This document shows, in pieces, positions 10,233 to 19,534 of a stretch of DNA of 64,000 nucleotides; position 1 is the stretch's first letter; each line of letters begins with the position of its first letter. The stretch covers positions 3,619 through 67,618 of the forward strand of contig CAZBSV010000210.1 of the NCBI GenBank assembly GCA_964494795.1, written 5' to 3'. This stretch comes from an uncultured Spirochaetales bacterium (GTDB taxonomy: Bacteria > Myxococcota_A > UBA9160 > SMWR01). Both the position numbers and the translations under genes were made by a program. Under the pieces are notes generated by a model that saw nothing but the letters and a program-made list of their open reading frames with translations, did no database searches and was not told the DNA's origin.

Positions 10233-10619
10233 CTACCCGCTTTTCACAGCGCGGGCGAGCAGATCCTCCACGATCTCCCGCAGATGCTCGGGTTCGAAGG
10301 GCTTGACGAGGTACGCGTCGGCTCCCAATTCGACGCCCTTCTCGCGATCGCGCTCGGAACTCTCGGTCGACACGATGACCAGTGGAATCGACCGATAGGC
10401 GTCGTTGCTCTTCACGAACGACACGAGTTCGAGCCCGTTGATGTCGGGCATGTTGATGTCGGTGATGATCAGGTCGAACGATTCACGCGGGAGACGGCGG
10501 AGTGCCTCGAAACCGCTCGACGCCTCCGTGATCTTCACCGGAGGTTCGAGGCCCTCGAGCGCAGAATTCAGTAGCGCCCGCATCGTAGGAGAATCTTCGA
10601 CGATCAGAACTCGCTGCAC
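10233..10619 (-). CDS. cheY: Single-domain response regulator CheY-like
   Basis: IVEDS, ITDINMP, VST, VKPF canonical receiver residues. Confidence 0.9.
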   Translation of the reverse strand: MQRVLIVEDSPTMRALLNSALEGLEPPVKITEASSGFEALRRLPRESFDLIITDINMPDINGLELVSFVKSNDAYRSIPLVIVSTESSERDREKGVELGADAYLVKPFEPEHLREIVEDLLARAVKSG

Positions 10620-10751
10620 GGACCCCTCCGCTGGCAGTCGTCGCTAAAACGGCCGATCCCCGTATCGGACTTTCAGCAGCTTTCTTGAGGCAGTCTCGAT
10701 ACTTCGGGCGATTTCTCGCGCATCGCGCCGGCGCCGCGGGAGCGGGAAATC

Positions 10752-12695
10752 TCAGGAGGCGGCAGGATCTCCGAGCTGGGCGAGGGCGCGCTTGAGCAGC
10801 GCGCGTTCGAGCGCCAACCCGGCCTCATGCAGGGCGATCTCGATCACCGAGGTGTCGCCGATTGGCTCACCGCCTGGCAGGTTGTCGGCGTACAGCAGGG
10901 CCACCACCCGGCCGCCGCTCACGATCGGCGCCACATAGGCCTCGGCGGGCTCGCGGTCGCCGATTCGCTTCGAGAGCGCCCGGTCGCCCTCGCCGATGAC
11001 CGGCGAGCAGAGCGAGCTGCGCGCCTCGAGCACGCGTCTGAACCACTCGATATCCGCCGCGCGCGTTTCGATTTCGCGGAAACCGGCGTCATCGGGTCCG
11101 CCCCCACGGGGCAAGCCACGCTGCGCGATTCCGAGTGCGACGTCGTCGCGCACCATGAACATCGCGACCCGCGAAAAACTCTCCGACGCAAATTCCAGCA
11201 CCAGTTTCAGCGCGTCGCCTTGATTGCCGGGGTCGCGGATGCGCTCGCTCACCGAGCGCAGGGTTCGCAGGCTCTCGGAACCGGTGGCGCCACTCGCGGA
11301 ATCGCGCAAGTTGGCGCGACTCGATTGGCCCGACGGCTGCGCGGGCTGCTTGAGCCACGCCGCAACCTCGGTCCGAAAGCGCTTGGCTTCGTCCACCAGC
11401 TTCGACCAGGCCTTTCGGTTCGCGAGATAGGCGGGATCGGGTCCGCTGAGGATCGCGTCGGCGGCATCGATGCCTTCCTCCGACTGCGCGTTCTCGTACC
11501 GCGCAACCAACACGGGCATCGAAGGTGCGAGAAGCTTGAGCCGCCGGATGAAGGCCGCAAGATTTTCGACGCCGCTCACCCTCCCGCGCGCGAGATCGAT
11601 CGAAACGAGAACGATCGGGATCTCTCCGCGGCGCAGGTACTGTCGGATTCGCGCGATTCCACTCTCGGCGTTCTGGAAGATGTGCACGCGGGGAAAGAAC
11701 TCGGCGAGGTTCAACTTCTGCCACTCGAGGGTGCTGAGGTTCGGATCGATCGCGATCAGGCATGCGGCCGCAACCGCGGATCGGGAATTCGCCCGCCCGC
11801 TCGGGCTCAGCGAGGCCGGGCCGGCCGCCTTCGCTGGGAACTTCTTGACGGGCTCCGCGTCGGGCCAAGCGACGGACTCCGCGTCGGGCCCCGCGACGGA
11901 CTCCGCTTCGGGCCCCGCGACGGACTCCGCTTCGCGCTCCAATTCGGGAGCCTCTCTGCGGCTGGCCGCGAGCGCCAACACGTCCGCGGGAGCCCGCGAC
12001 GACGCGTCCGAATCCCGCTCGTCCGGCGCGGCTTCGGGCTCCACGGCTTCGACCGGCGCGGCAGCTTCGACCCCACCCGGCGCGGCAGCGAAGCCCCGAG
12101 ATCCCGCCGGATCCACTTCCCCGCTGAACAAGATCGGCGCGTCATCGGGTTCCGAGATCGGCGCGGCATCTGCGGAGAACTTGACCCCGGGCGCTCGATC
12201 GCCGCAGCTGCTCTCGTCGCTGAGGCGTGTCGCCTCCATCGTCAGATACTGCGCGTTGATTCCCGTCGGAATCAGGATTTCGAGATCGCGCGCCTCGATC
12301 TGGTCGCTCACTTCGAAACTGAACTCTCCAGTCACCCAGGAGAAGATCCGGAATACCGAGCGCTCGACCTGCTCGCGGCGGGCTGAATCGAGGCTTTCCG
12401 CGGTGAGCGACGTGCACTCGGGGATGACTTGATCGAGCGACGCGGCGCGCGAGTTCGAGAGTTCTACGGCGCGGTCGAATTCCTCGGCGCGAATGAAGTT
12501 GGATCCGACGAGCAGCGAGCGGAGATCCTCGGGTTCACCCTTGACGTAAGCGGCACGGACCAGGCCGTCGCGAAAGACGATCCGGCCTTCGCCCAGCTCG
12601 GAGTGGATCCGCAGCAGACCCGACTTCCGAGACAGACTGACGATTTGCAGAATGTCTCCGAGGCCCAGATCCTCGAGACTTCCGACCAAGCTCAT
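10752..12695 (-). CDS. DUF4388 (PATAN-like) domain protein with C-terminal GAF-like domain
   Basis: MSLVGSLEDLGLGDILQIVSLSRKSGLLRI N-terminus; acidic repeat linker; AYVAPIVSGGRVVALLYAD GAF-like C-terminus. Confidence 0.75.
   Translation of the reverse strand: MSLVGSLEDLGLGDILQIVSLSRKSGLLRIHSELGEGRIVFRDGLVRAAYVKGEPEDLRSLLVGSNFIRAEEFDRAVELSNSRAASLDQVIPECTSLTAESLDSARREQVERSVFRIFSWVTGEFSFEVSDQIEARDLEILIPTGINAQYLTMEATRLSDESSCGDRAPGVKFSADAAPISEPDDAPILFSGEVDPAGSRGFAAAPGGVEAAAPVEAVEPEAAPDERDSDASSRAPADVLALAASRREAPELEREAESVAGPEAESVAGPDAESVAWPDAEPVKKFPAKAAGPASLSPSGRANSRSAVAAACLIAIDPNLSTLEWQKLNLAEFFPRVHIFQNAESGIARIRQYLRRGEIPIVLVSIDLARGRVSGVENLAAFIRRLKLLAPSMPVLVARYENAQSEEGIDAADAILSGPDPAYLANRKAWSKLVDEAKRFRTEVAAWLKQPAQPSGQSSRANLRDSASGATGSESLRTLRSVSERIRDPGNQGDALKLVLEFASESFSRVAMFMVRDDVALGIAQRGLPRGGGPDDAGFREIETRAADIEWFRRVLEARSSLCSPVIGEGDRALSKRIGDREPAEAYVAPIVSGGRVVALLYADNLPGGEPIGDTSVIEIALHEAGLALERALLKRALAQLGDPAAS
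11847..11934. repeat. In-frame 24-bp tandem repeat x3.7 (EAESVAGP-like units)
   Basis: GACGGRCTCCGCKTCGGGCCMMGC units at 11847, 11871, 11895 and partial at 11919. Confidence 0.9.
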
Positions 12696-12850
12696 CGAGC
12701 AACTCCGCAGCCACCTACGTGATGACGAGTCTCGGGGGGCGAAGGAATCCGCTCGCCGCGCAAGCGCGCGGTCGAAGCGATCCCGCCGCAGCGCTTCCGA
12801 CGGCTTCCCCGATACCGACTCACCACCTAGAGGATCGGCGAGTCGCGGAC

Positions 12851-13468
12851 TTACTTAAACCGAAGACGCTGATCGTGGGGAAAATCTCCCGACGGGATCG
12901 TGGTGGATTTCGGGAGCTTGCCGGCGGCCGCGGGCAATCTCAGCTTCGCTCCTGGCGGCAGCTCGAGTCGATCGAGAGGGCTCAATTCAGCGAGCCGCTC
13001 CGCGGCCCCCTCCCCTGCGAGCACGACGCGCAGCTCCGCGCGGCTGTCGGCGGCGGCCAGCGCCGCGCCCGCGAACACGGCGCGGGTGCCCTCGGGACCG
13101 AGGGCCGCGGCCTCGGTGACAAATCCCGCGACGGCGCGCTGCAGCCGCAGCTCGAGTGCCCGCCGCACGGCTTCGCGGCCAAAATCGTGCCAGCTCGCGG
13201 CGCTCAGCGCTGCGCGCGGCCCCATGCCTAGAACCAGTAGAACCGGAGACCGCAACGCCCCCGCGGTCGAGATCAAAGCGGCCTCACCGAGTGCTCCAGT
13301 CAGTCTCCCGGAGCTGAGGAACTGCCAGAGTTCACCGCACATGCGCCAGTCGGCGCGAGCAGCGGCGCCCCGCAGCGGTCGATCGTCGGGCGAAACGCCG
13401 ACCATCAACGCGTCGGCCGCAATCCTCTCGAGCGGTCGCTCTTCGATTTCGACGACGAGCGCGGCCAT
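12851..13468 (-). CDS. Stand-alone leucyl aminopeptidase (M17) N-terminal-domain protein
   Basis: RPLRGAAARADWRMCG...LTGALGEAALI...LLVLGMG resembles Peptidase_M17_N; no catalytic domain. Confidence 0.65.
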   Translation of the reverse strand: MAALVVEIEERPLERIAADALMVGVSPDDRPLRGAAARADWRMCGELWQFLSSGRLTGALGEAALISTAGALRSPVLLVLGMGPRAALSAASWHDFGREAVRRALELRLQRAVAGFVTEAAALGPEGTRAVFAGAALAAADSRAELRVVLAGEGAAERLAELSPLDRLELPPGAKLRLPAAAGKLPKSTTIPSGDFPHDQRLRFK

Positions 13469-13971
13469 CAGGCGGCCCCACTTTCCGTTTCACGGCTCGC
13501 TTCCGGATCGGACTCCTCGGCCGGCTCTGCGTACTTGTGCAACTGCCGCGCGACGGCGTCGAGCACGCCGTTCACGAAACCGGGCGAGGATTCGGCACCG
13601 AAGCGCCTCGCGAGCTGGATCGCCTCGTCGAGCACCACGGAAACCGGAGTGTCGGTTCGCATCAACTCGTAGGTGCCGAGCCGAAGAACATTGCGGTCGA
13701 CCGCCGCCATCCGAGAGAGCTTCCAGTTGATCGCGTTCGCGGCCAACAGCGCGTCGATTTCCGACAGCTCCGACGCCGTTCCCTGGACGAGTTTCAGCGC
13801 GAAATCACGAGCGCCTTCGGGAAGATCGAAGTTCTGCGCGACCTGCTCGAAAGTTTCCTCGATGCGGGTTTCGCCATCGCCTCGCTTCGGATCGGCCAGA
13901 TCGTGCGCGTAGAGGGCCTGGAGCGCGACCTGCCGCGAGCGCTGGCGCGGCACGCGGTCCGATCGACTCAC
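13468..13971 (-). CDS. nusB: Transcription antitermination factor NusB
   Basis: RSRQVALQALY, NWKLSRMAAVDRNVLRLG, FVNGVLD; GTG start overlaps ribH stop. Confidence 0.93.
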   Translation of the reverse strand: MSRSDRVPRQRSRQVALQALYAHDLADPKRGDGETRIEETFEQVAQNFDLPEGARDFALKLVQGTASELSEIDALLAANAINWKLSRMAAVDRNVLRLGTYELMRTDTPVSVVLDEAIQLARRFGAESSPGFVNGVLDAVARQLHKYAEPAEESDPEASRETESGAA

Positions 13972-14453
13972 GTATTCGCCTCGGCTGGTCGACCCAAGCG
14001 GTTGATCAAGGCCGCCATCTCGATCGCCGCGCGCGCGGCCTCTTCGCCCTTGTTGCCGTGTTCGCCGCCCGCCCTCGCGACGGCCTGGCTGACATCGTCC
14101 GTGGTCAGCACGCCGAACCCGATCGGCACCAGGGTGTCGCGCATGACTTCTCGAATCCCATCGGTAACGCCACGGCACACGTAATCGAAATGCGGCGTTC
14201 CGCCGCGAATCACCGAGCCCAGCGCCACGAGCGCGTGGTAGCGGCCGCTGGACGCCAACGCGCGCGCCGCTAGCGGAATTTCGAACGCCCCCGGCACCCA
14301 CGCCACATGGATGTCCTGCTCGCGCGCTCCGCAGCGGAGCAGCTCCGCCGAGCACGCCTCGAGCAGTTTCACTGCGATCATCTGGTTGAAACGCGACACC
14401 ACCAGCGCAAAGCGCATCCCGCTCGCGTCCTCGGAACTTTCGAAAGTGTTCAC
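13968..14453 (-). CDS. ribH: Lumazine synthase
   Basis: VVSRFN, VPGAFEIP, LGSVIRGGTPHFDYV, GNKG. Confidence 0.96.
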   Translation of the reverse strand: MNTFESSEDASGMRFALVVSRFNQMIAVKLLEACSAELLRCGAREQDIHVAWVPGAFEIPLAARALASSGRYHALVALGSVIRGGTPHFDYVCRGVTDGIREVMRDTLVPIGFGVLTTDDVSQAVARAGGEHGNKGEEAARAAIEMAALINRLGRPAEANT

Positions 14454-15598
14454 CGACTCGCTCCTCGACCCTTGGCGCTCGCGCCGCGGCGCTTCGGGTA
14501 CGCGACGGGGCCGCGAAGATACAGGTCGCAGCCCGCGCGGCCCGCGCGCGCATCGATGAGCGGCGACTCGACGAGCGACTTCAGACCCAGCTCCGCGATC
14601 GACGCTCGCCCATCCCCCCCGAGCAAGCGGGGCGCGATGAACCAGTGCAGTTCGTCGACCAGACGAGCGCGCAAGAGTGCCGCAGCCAGCTCCCCCCCGC
14701 CCTCGACGAGAATCTCAGTGAGACCCTCTCGCGCCAACCGCTTGGCGGCGCGCCGAAGGTCGATCTTCCCGTCGCGCGTCGGAGTCTCGAGCACCCGCGC
14801 GCCGAGTCTCTCGAGCAGCCGGCGGCGACCGGCAGCCGCCTGCGCGCCGCAGAGCACCCAGGTCCCGTCGGCGCCTTCGCGAAAGAGTCTCGCGCTGGGC
14901 GGCACGCGCAGTCCGGAGTCGACCAGCACCCGGATCGGCCGGTGAACGACGTGCCCGCGCCGACGAGCGGTGAGTTCCGGATCGTCAGCCAGGACTGTTC
15001 CCGATCCGACGACGATCGCGTCCACGCGCGCGCGCAAGAGATGCCCCTTCGCCCTTGCGTCGGGCCCCGTCACCCAACGCGACTCGCCGCTCGCAGCCGC
15101 GATCCGGCCGTCGAGCGAACTCGCGATCTTGAGCATCACGAACGGGCGCGCGAGCGCGCACACGGTCGCAAAGCCGCGGTGCTGGTCGCGGCAGGCGTCT
15201 TCGAGAATGCCGAGCTGAACATCGACCCCCGCGCGTCGCAAACGACGGATGCCCTCCCCCGAAACATCCGGGTGGGGATCGCGCTGTCCGACGAACACGC
15301 GCTGGATGCGCGCTTCGAGGATCGCCTCCGTACAGGGGCCCGTGCGACCCAGCCGACAGCAGGGTTCGAGCGTGACGGCCAGCGACGCGCCGCGCACCGC
15401 GCTGGCGCCAAAGCGGCGTTTCGCGCGCTCGATCGCGACGATTTCCGCGTGCGCGCCGCCGACGGGCCGCGTTGCGCCGCGCCCCAACAATCGATCGCCG
15501 CGAAATACCGCGGCCCCCACCGGCGGATTCGGATGCGTGCGCCCCGACGCCCTGCGTGCCGCCGCGAGCGCGATCGTCATCGCGGCCTCGGGTGTCAT
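14450..15598 (-). CDS. ribD: Riboflavin biosynthesis deaminase/reductase
   Basis: PNPPVGA, HAE, TLEPC..GRTGPC, KIASSLDG, WVTG, VEGG. Confidence 0.95.
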   Translation of the reverse strand: MTPEAAMTIALAAARRASGRTHPNPPVGAAVFRGDRLLGRGATRPVGGAHAEIVAIERAKRRFGASAVRGASLAVTLEPCCRLGRTGPCTEAILEARIQRVFVGQRDPHPDVSGEGIRRLRRAGVDVQLGILEDACRDQHRGFATVCALARPFVMLKIASSLDGRIAAASGESRWVTGPDARAKGHLLRARVDAIVVGSGTVLADDPELTARRRGHVVHRPIRVLVDSGLRVPPSARLFREGADGTWVLCGAQAAAGRRRLLERLGARVLETPTRDGKIDLRRAAKRLAREGLTEILVEGGGELAAALLRARLVDELHWFIAPRLLGGDGRASIAELGLKSLVESPLIDARAGRAGCDLYLRGPVAYPKRRGASAKGRGASR

Positions 15599-16050
15599 CG
15601 CGCAGGCTCGATCGACTCGAAAAATCTCCGGTAGTCGTCGGCGCCCTGAAAATCGAGGAAGACCGACGCGAAGCGCGCCGCGGCGAGATGGTCCAGGCCG
15701 ACGAGCTCTTCCATCATGCGCCGACCGATCAAAGCGCTCGTCACTTCTCTTTCTCCGAGCTCTTGCACGTGTCTCTCGACGCGATCGACGAGCTGGGCGA
15801 GCGCGGTTGCGCTGACGGGGCGCTTCTCGCAAGCCTTCTGCACCGCGGTCAGCAGTTTCTCGCGCTGGAAGTCCTCGCGCCGCTCGTCGCGCTTGACGAC
15901 TTTCGGGAAGACTTCTTCGACTCGCTCACGCGTGGTAAAGCGGCGCTCACACTCGAGACATTCGCGGCGTCGACGAATCTCGTTGCCATCTCGACCCAGG
16001 CGGGAGTCGATTACCCGGTTTGCCGAGTCGAAGCAGTACGGACAACGCAC
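15595..16050 (-). CDS. nrdR: Transcriptional repressor NrdR
   Basis: CPYC...RRRRECLEC zinc ribbon followed by ATP cone. Confidence 0.96.
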   Translation of the reverse strand: MRCPYCFDSANRVIDSRLGRDGNEIRRRRECLECERRFTTRERVEEVFPKVVKRDERREDFQREKLLTAVQKACEKRPVSATALAQLVDRVERHVQELGEREVTSALIGRRMMEELVGLDHLAAARFASVFLDFQGADDYRRFFESIEPAR

Positions 16051-16053
16051 GGC

Positions 16054-17796
16054 TCAGGCGGAGTCGTTCCAACGACCGGTGTACAAGGGAAACCGCCGAC
16101 ACAGCGCCTCCACGTCGACGCGCACCGCATCCAGCGCATCGACGTCACCCGGCCGCTCGAGGGCCCGAACGATCAGACCGCCGATTTCGTGCATCTCCGG
16201 TTCGCGCATTCCGCGGGTCGTGACCGCCGGAGTGCCGATGCGGACTCCCGAAGTCACCATCGGTTTGCGCGGATCGAAGGGAACCATGTTCTTGTTGGCG
16301 GTGATGCCGGCCCGCTCGAGTGCGATCTGGGCCGCCTTGCCGGTGGTATCCCGTCCCACCAGGGACAAGAGGAAGAGGTGATTGTCGGTTCCGCCCGCAA
16401 CGATCTTGAAGCCCCGCTTCTCGATCGTCTCGGCGAGTGCGCGCGCGTTCTTGATGATCTGCTCGCAATAGCGCTTGAAGGAGGGTTGCAGCGCTTCGCG
16501 GAACGCGACCGCCTTGGCGGCGATCACGTGCATCAACGGCCCTCCCTGGCCACCCGGGAAAACGGCGCTGTCGATCTTCTTGGCGTATTCCGCATCGCAG
16601 AGGATCAAGCCACCGCGCGGTCCGCGCAGTGTCTTGTGGGTCGTCGTCGTAAAGATCTGCGCGCGACCCGCCGGACTCGGATGCAGACCGGTCACGACGA
16701 GACCCGCGATGTGGGCGATGTCGGCGAACAGGATCGCGCCGACCTCGTCCGCGATGGATCGAAACGCCGCGAAGTCGATCGTGCGCGAATACGCGGTCGC
16801 GCCGCATTGGATCAACTTGGGCCGACACTGTTTCGCGAGACGACGCACTTCGTCGTAGTCGATGCGCTCGTCTTTCTCGCTCACCCCGTACGGGATGATC
16901 TTGTAGAGCTGACCCGAGAAATTGACCGGGCTGCCGTGCGTGAGGTGGCCGCCGTGGTCGAGGTTCATCGCGAGCACGCTGTCTCCGATCTCGAGCACCG
17001 CGCGGTAGACGGCCTCGTTGGCTTGGGATCCCGAGTGGGGTTGGACGTTCGCGTGAGCCACGCCGAAGAGTTCCTTCGCGCGCGCGATCGCGAGGCTCTC
17101 GACCTCGTCGACCTGCTCGCATCCGCCGTAGTAGCGGCGGCCCGGGTAACCCTCGGCGTATTTGTTCGTCAACACCGAACCGACCGCTTCGAGAATCGGA
17201 TCGGATACGAAATTTTCGGACGCGATGAGTTCCAGCGACAGCGCCTGCCGCCGCGCCTCGAGCGCGATGAACTTCGCGATTTCGGGGTCGGCCTTGGCGA
17301 GCGTTTGGCCCATGGCGGGCGATGCCGCGTTGGCGACAGCGCCAGCGGCGTTCGGACCTGTCAACGAGTCGATCATCTCAATCCTCCTCGCGTGGCGACC
17401 ACCCTCGAAGGGTTCTGCCAGCCACGCCTCTACGATGGCCCAGGCGCGGGCCGGATCGAGGCGATCCGCCGCAAGCGCTAGAACGTTGGCGTCATTGTGC
17501 CGGCGCGCGAGCTTCGCGGTGTCGACGTCGTCGACCAACGCGGCGCGCACTCCGGGAAAACGGTTCGCGGTGTACATCACCCCCAAACCACTGCCGCAGA
17601 TCACGATCCCCCGCTCGGCATTTCCGCTCGAGACCGCGCGCGCGGCCGGTGCTGCGAATACCGGGTAATCGACGGCCTCCGCGCCATGTGTGCCGTAATC
17701 GCGAATCTCATAGCCAGCGGCTTCGAGTCGCTTGCTCAACTCGAGCTTGAGGTTCGCACCCCGATGGTCGCTCGCCATCACGATCAATTTACGCAT
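16054..17796 (-). CDS. rpiB-glyA: Fused ribose-5-phosphate isomerase B / serine hydroxymethyltransferase
   Basis: N-terminal ASDHRG...DYP...ICGSGLG...ANR (RpiB); C-terminal [26 protein letters not shown] (SHMT); single uninterrupted ORF. Confidence 0.93.
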   Translation of the reverse strand: MRKLIVMASDHRGANLKLELSKRLEAAGYEIRDYGTHGAEAVDYPVFAAPAARAVSSGNAERGIVICGSGLGVMYTANRFPGVRAALVDDVDTAKLARRHNDANVLALAADRLDPARAWAIVEAWLAEPFEGGRHARRIEMIDSLTGPNAAGAVANAASPAMGQTLAKADPEIAKFIALEARRQALSLELIASENFVSDPILEAVGSVLTNKYAEGYPGRRYYGGCEQVDEVESLAIARAKELFGVAHANVQPHSGSQANEAVYRAVLEIGDSVLAMNLDHGGHLTHGSPVNFSGQLYKIIPYGVSEKDERIDYDEVRRLAKQCRPKLIQCGATAYSRTIDFAAFRSIADEVGAILFADIAHIAGLVVTGLHPSPAGRAQIFTTTTHKTLRGPRGGLILCDAEYAKKIDSAVFPGGQGGPLMHVIAAKAVAFREALQPSFKRYCEQIIKNARALAETIEKRGFKIVAGGTDNHLFLLSLVGRDTTGKAAQIALERAGITANKNMVPFDPRKPMVTSGVRIGTPAVTTRGMREPEMHEIGGLIVRALERPGDVDALDAVRVDVEALCRRFPLYTGRWNDSA

Positions 17797-18015
17797 CGCC
17801 TCGTTTCCTCTCGCCTACGATCCCGCTTTCTCACTTTCCCGCTTTCCGATGTCGGATATCCGGTTGCGCGATTCCAAGATCTGCGATGTGCGCGCCTGGG
17901 AGCCGCGGACTGCGTCGCGGGCCGGTCCAGTGTGCCAATCTTCCCGAGTCTTCGCCTCCACGGCGCGGCTCCTGGGTTGGCGACGGCGTCGCCGGGATCG
18001 GCATTCTCGTGCCCG

Positions 18016-19269
18016 CTACTCGGCCCGCCCGAGAACCAGCGTGGCGTTCGTTCCACCGAATCCAAACGAGTTCGAAAGCGCGATCCGAATCCGGGTCTCG
18101 CGAGCCTTGTTGGCCACGTGATCGAGTTCGCACTCGGGATCCGGCCGATCCAGATTGATCGTCGGCGGCAGGATGCCGGTCTGCAGCGCGCGCACACACA
18201 GCAGCGCCTCGACGGCGCCCGCCGCGCCGAGCATGTGTCCCGTCATCGACTTCGTCGCAGAAACCGCGAGCCGCTGGACGTGGCTGCCGAACACCGCGCG
18301 GATCGCGCGCGCCTCCGAGGGATCTCCCTGTGGAGTGCTGGTTGCATGCGCGTTCAGATGATCGATTTCGCTCGGGTTCAACCCCGCATCTGCGATGGCG
18401 GCGCGCATGCAGCGCTGCGCACCTTCGCCGTCCTCGGTCGGTTGTGCGACCGAGGCAGCGTCGGCGGTCATCCCATAGCCGAGCACGTGGGCGAGGATGT
18501 TCGCACCCCGAGCGCGTGCGCGCTCTAGCTCTTCGAGCACCAGAACCGCGGCGCCTTCCGCAATCACGAAGCCATCGCGATCGAGGTCGAACGGGCGGCT
18601 CGCCGCGGCAGGATGATCGTTGCGCGTGGAGAGCGCCTTCATGTTCGCGAATCCGGCTAGACTGATTGCGGTGATCGGAGCCTCGGATCCACCCGCGAGC
18701 ATCACATCGGCGTCACCTCGCTCGATCACGCGAGCCGCTTCGCCGATGGAGTGCGCGCCCGACGCACACGCCGCCGTCTGGCAGAGATTGGGTCCGCGAA
18801 AACCGTGCCGGATGGCCACGTATCCGCTTGCCATGTTGCAGATCGACATTGGAATCGTGAAGGGCGAAACCCTGCGCGGCCCGGATTTGATCAAAGCGGC
18901 GATGGAATCCGAGAGGGTTTCGAGGCCGCCGATCCCCGAGCCGATCGCAACTCCGCAGCGCTCGCTCTGCTCGTCTTCGCCTTTCAGACCGGCGTCTTGC
19001 ACCGCTTCTCGCGCAGCCGCAACGGCGAGCAGCGCGAACCGATCGAGTCGGCGGATCTCTTTGCCGGACAGATCTCCGAGATCGAATTCGTCCGGAGTCT
19101 GGGCGGCGATGTGGACCGAAAACTCCGAAGTGTCGAATCGACGGTTCTCCGCGACGCCGGATCGGCCCGCGATTGCGGAGTTCCAGGTTTCGTCCGCGGT
19201 CGCGCCGAGAGGGCTCACACAGCCCAGGCCGGTGATGACGACCCTTCGACCGGTCGGGGGGAGGCGCAT
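18016..19269 (-). CDS. fabF: 3-oxoacyl-ACP synthase II
   Basis: TAACASG catalytic Cys, NAHATST, GHMLGAAG, SNSFGFGGTN. Confidence 0.96.
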   Translation of the reverse strand: MRLPPTGRRVVITGLGCVSPLGATADETWNSAIAGRSGVAENRRFDTSEFSVHIAAQTPDEFDLGDLSGKEIRRLDRFALLAVAAAREAVQDAGLKGEDEQSERCGVAIGSGIGGLETLSDSIAALIKSGPRRVSPFTIPMSICNMASGYVAIRHGFRGPNLCQTAACASGAHSIGEAARVIERGDADVMLAGGSEAPITAISLAGFANMKALSTRNDHPAAASRPFDLDRDGFVIAEGAAVLVLEELERARARGANILAHVLGYGMTADAASVAQPTEDGEGAQRCMRAAIADAGLNPSEIDHLNAHATSTPQGDPSEARAIRAVFGSHVQRLAVSATKSMTGHMLGAAGAVEALLCVRALQTGILPPTINLDRPDPECELDHVANKARETRIRIALSNSFGFGGTNATLVLGRAE

Positions 19270-19273
19270 GACG

Positions 19274-19510
19274 TCAGGCCTCGAGTTTTTCCTTCACGTA
19301 GGCGATTACATCTTTGATGCTCTGGATCCTTTCCGCGTCATCGTCGGGAATCTCGATGTCGAACTCCTCTTCCATCGCCATCACGAGTTCGACGATATCG
19401 AGCGAATCGGCGCCGAGATCGTCGATGAAGCTGGCTTCCGGCGTGAGTTCTTCCGCCGTCACGCCGAGCTGTTCGACGATGATCGCTGATACGCGGTCTT
19501 CCAGCCCCAT
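19274..19510 (-). CDS. acpP: Acyl carrier protein
   Basis: [14 protein letters not shown]. Confidence 0.97.
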   Translation of the reverse strand: MGLEDRVSAIIVEQLGVTAEELTPEASFIDDLGADSLDIVELVMAMEEEFDIEIPDDDAERIQSIKDVIAYVKEKLEA

Positions 19511-19534
19511 GTGCCCACCTCCCGAGTGAACGGT

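Noticed and set aside
12692-12830. ~44-codon GTG ORF overlapping the DUF4388 start
   Set aside because: No SD, Arg/Gly-rich, no motif; likely chance
17889-17901. CGCCTGGG resembling the ZTP riboswitch 3' end, upstream of rpiB-glyA
   Set aside because: On the strand antisense to glyA; 5' aptamer elements not found
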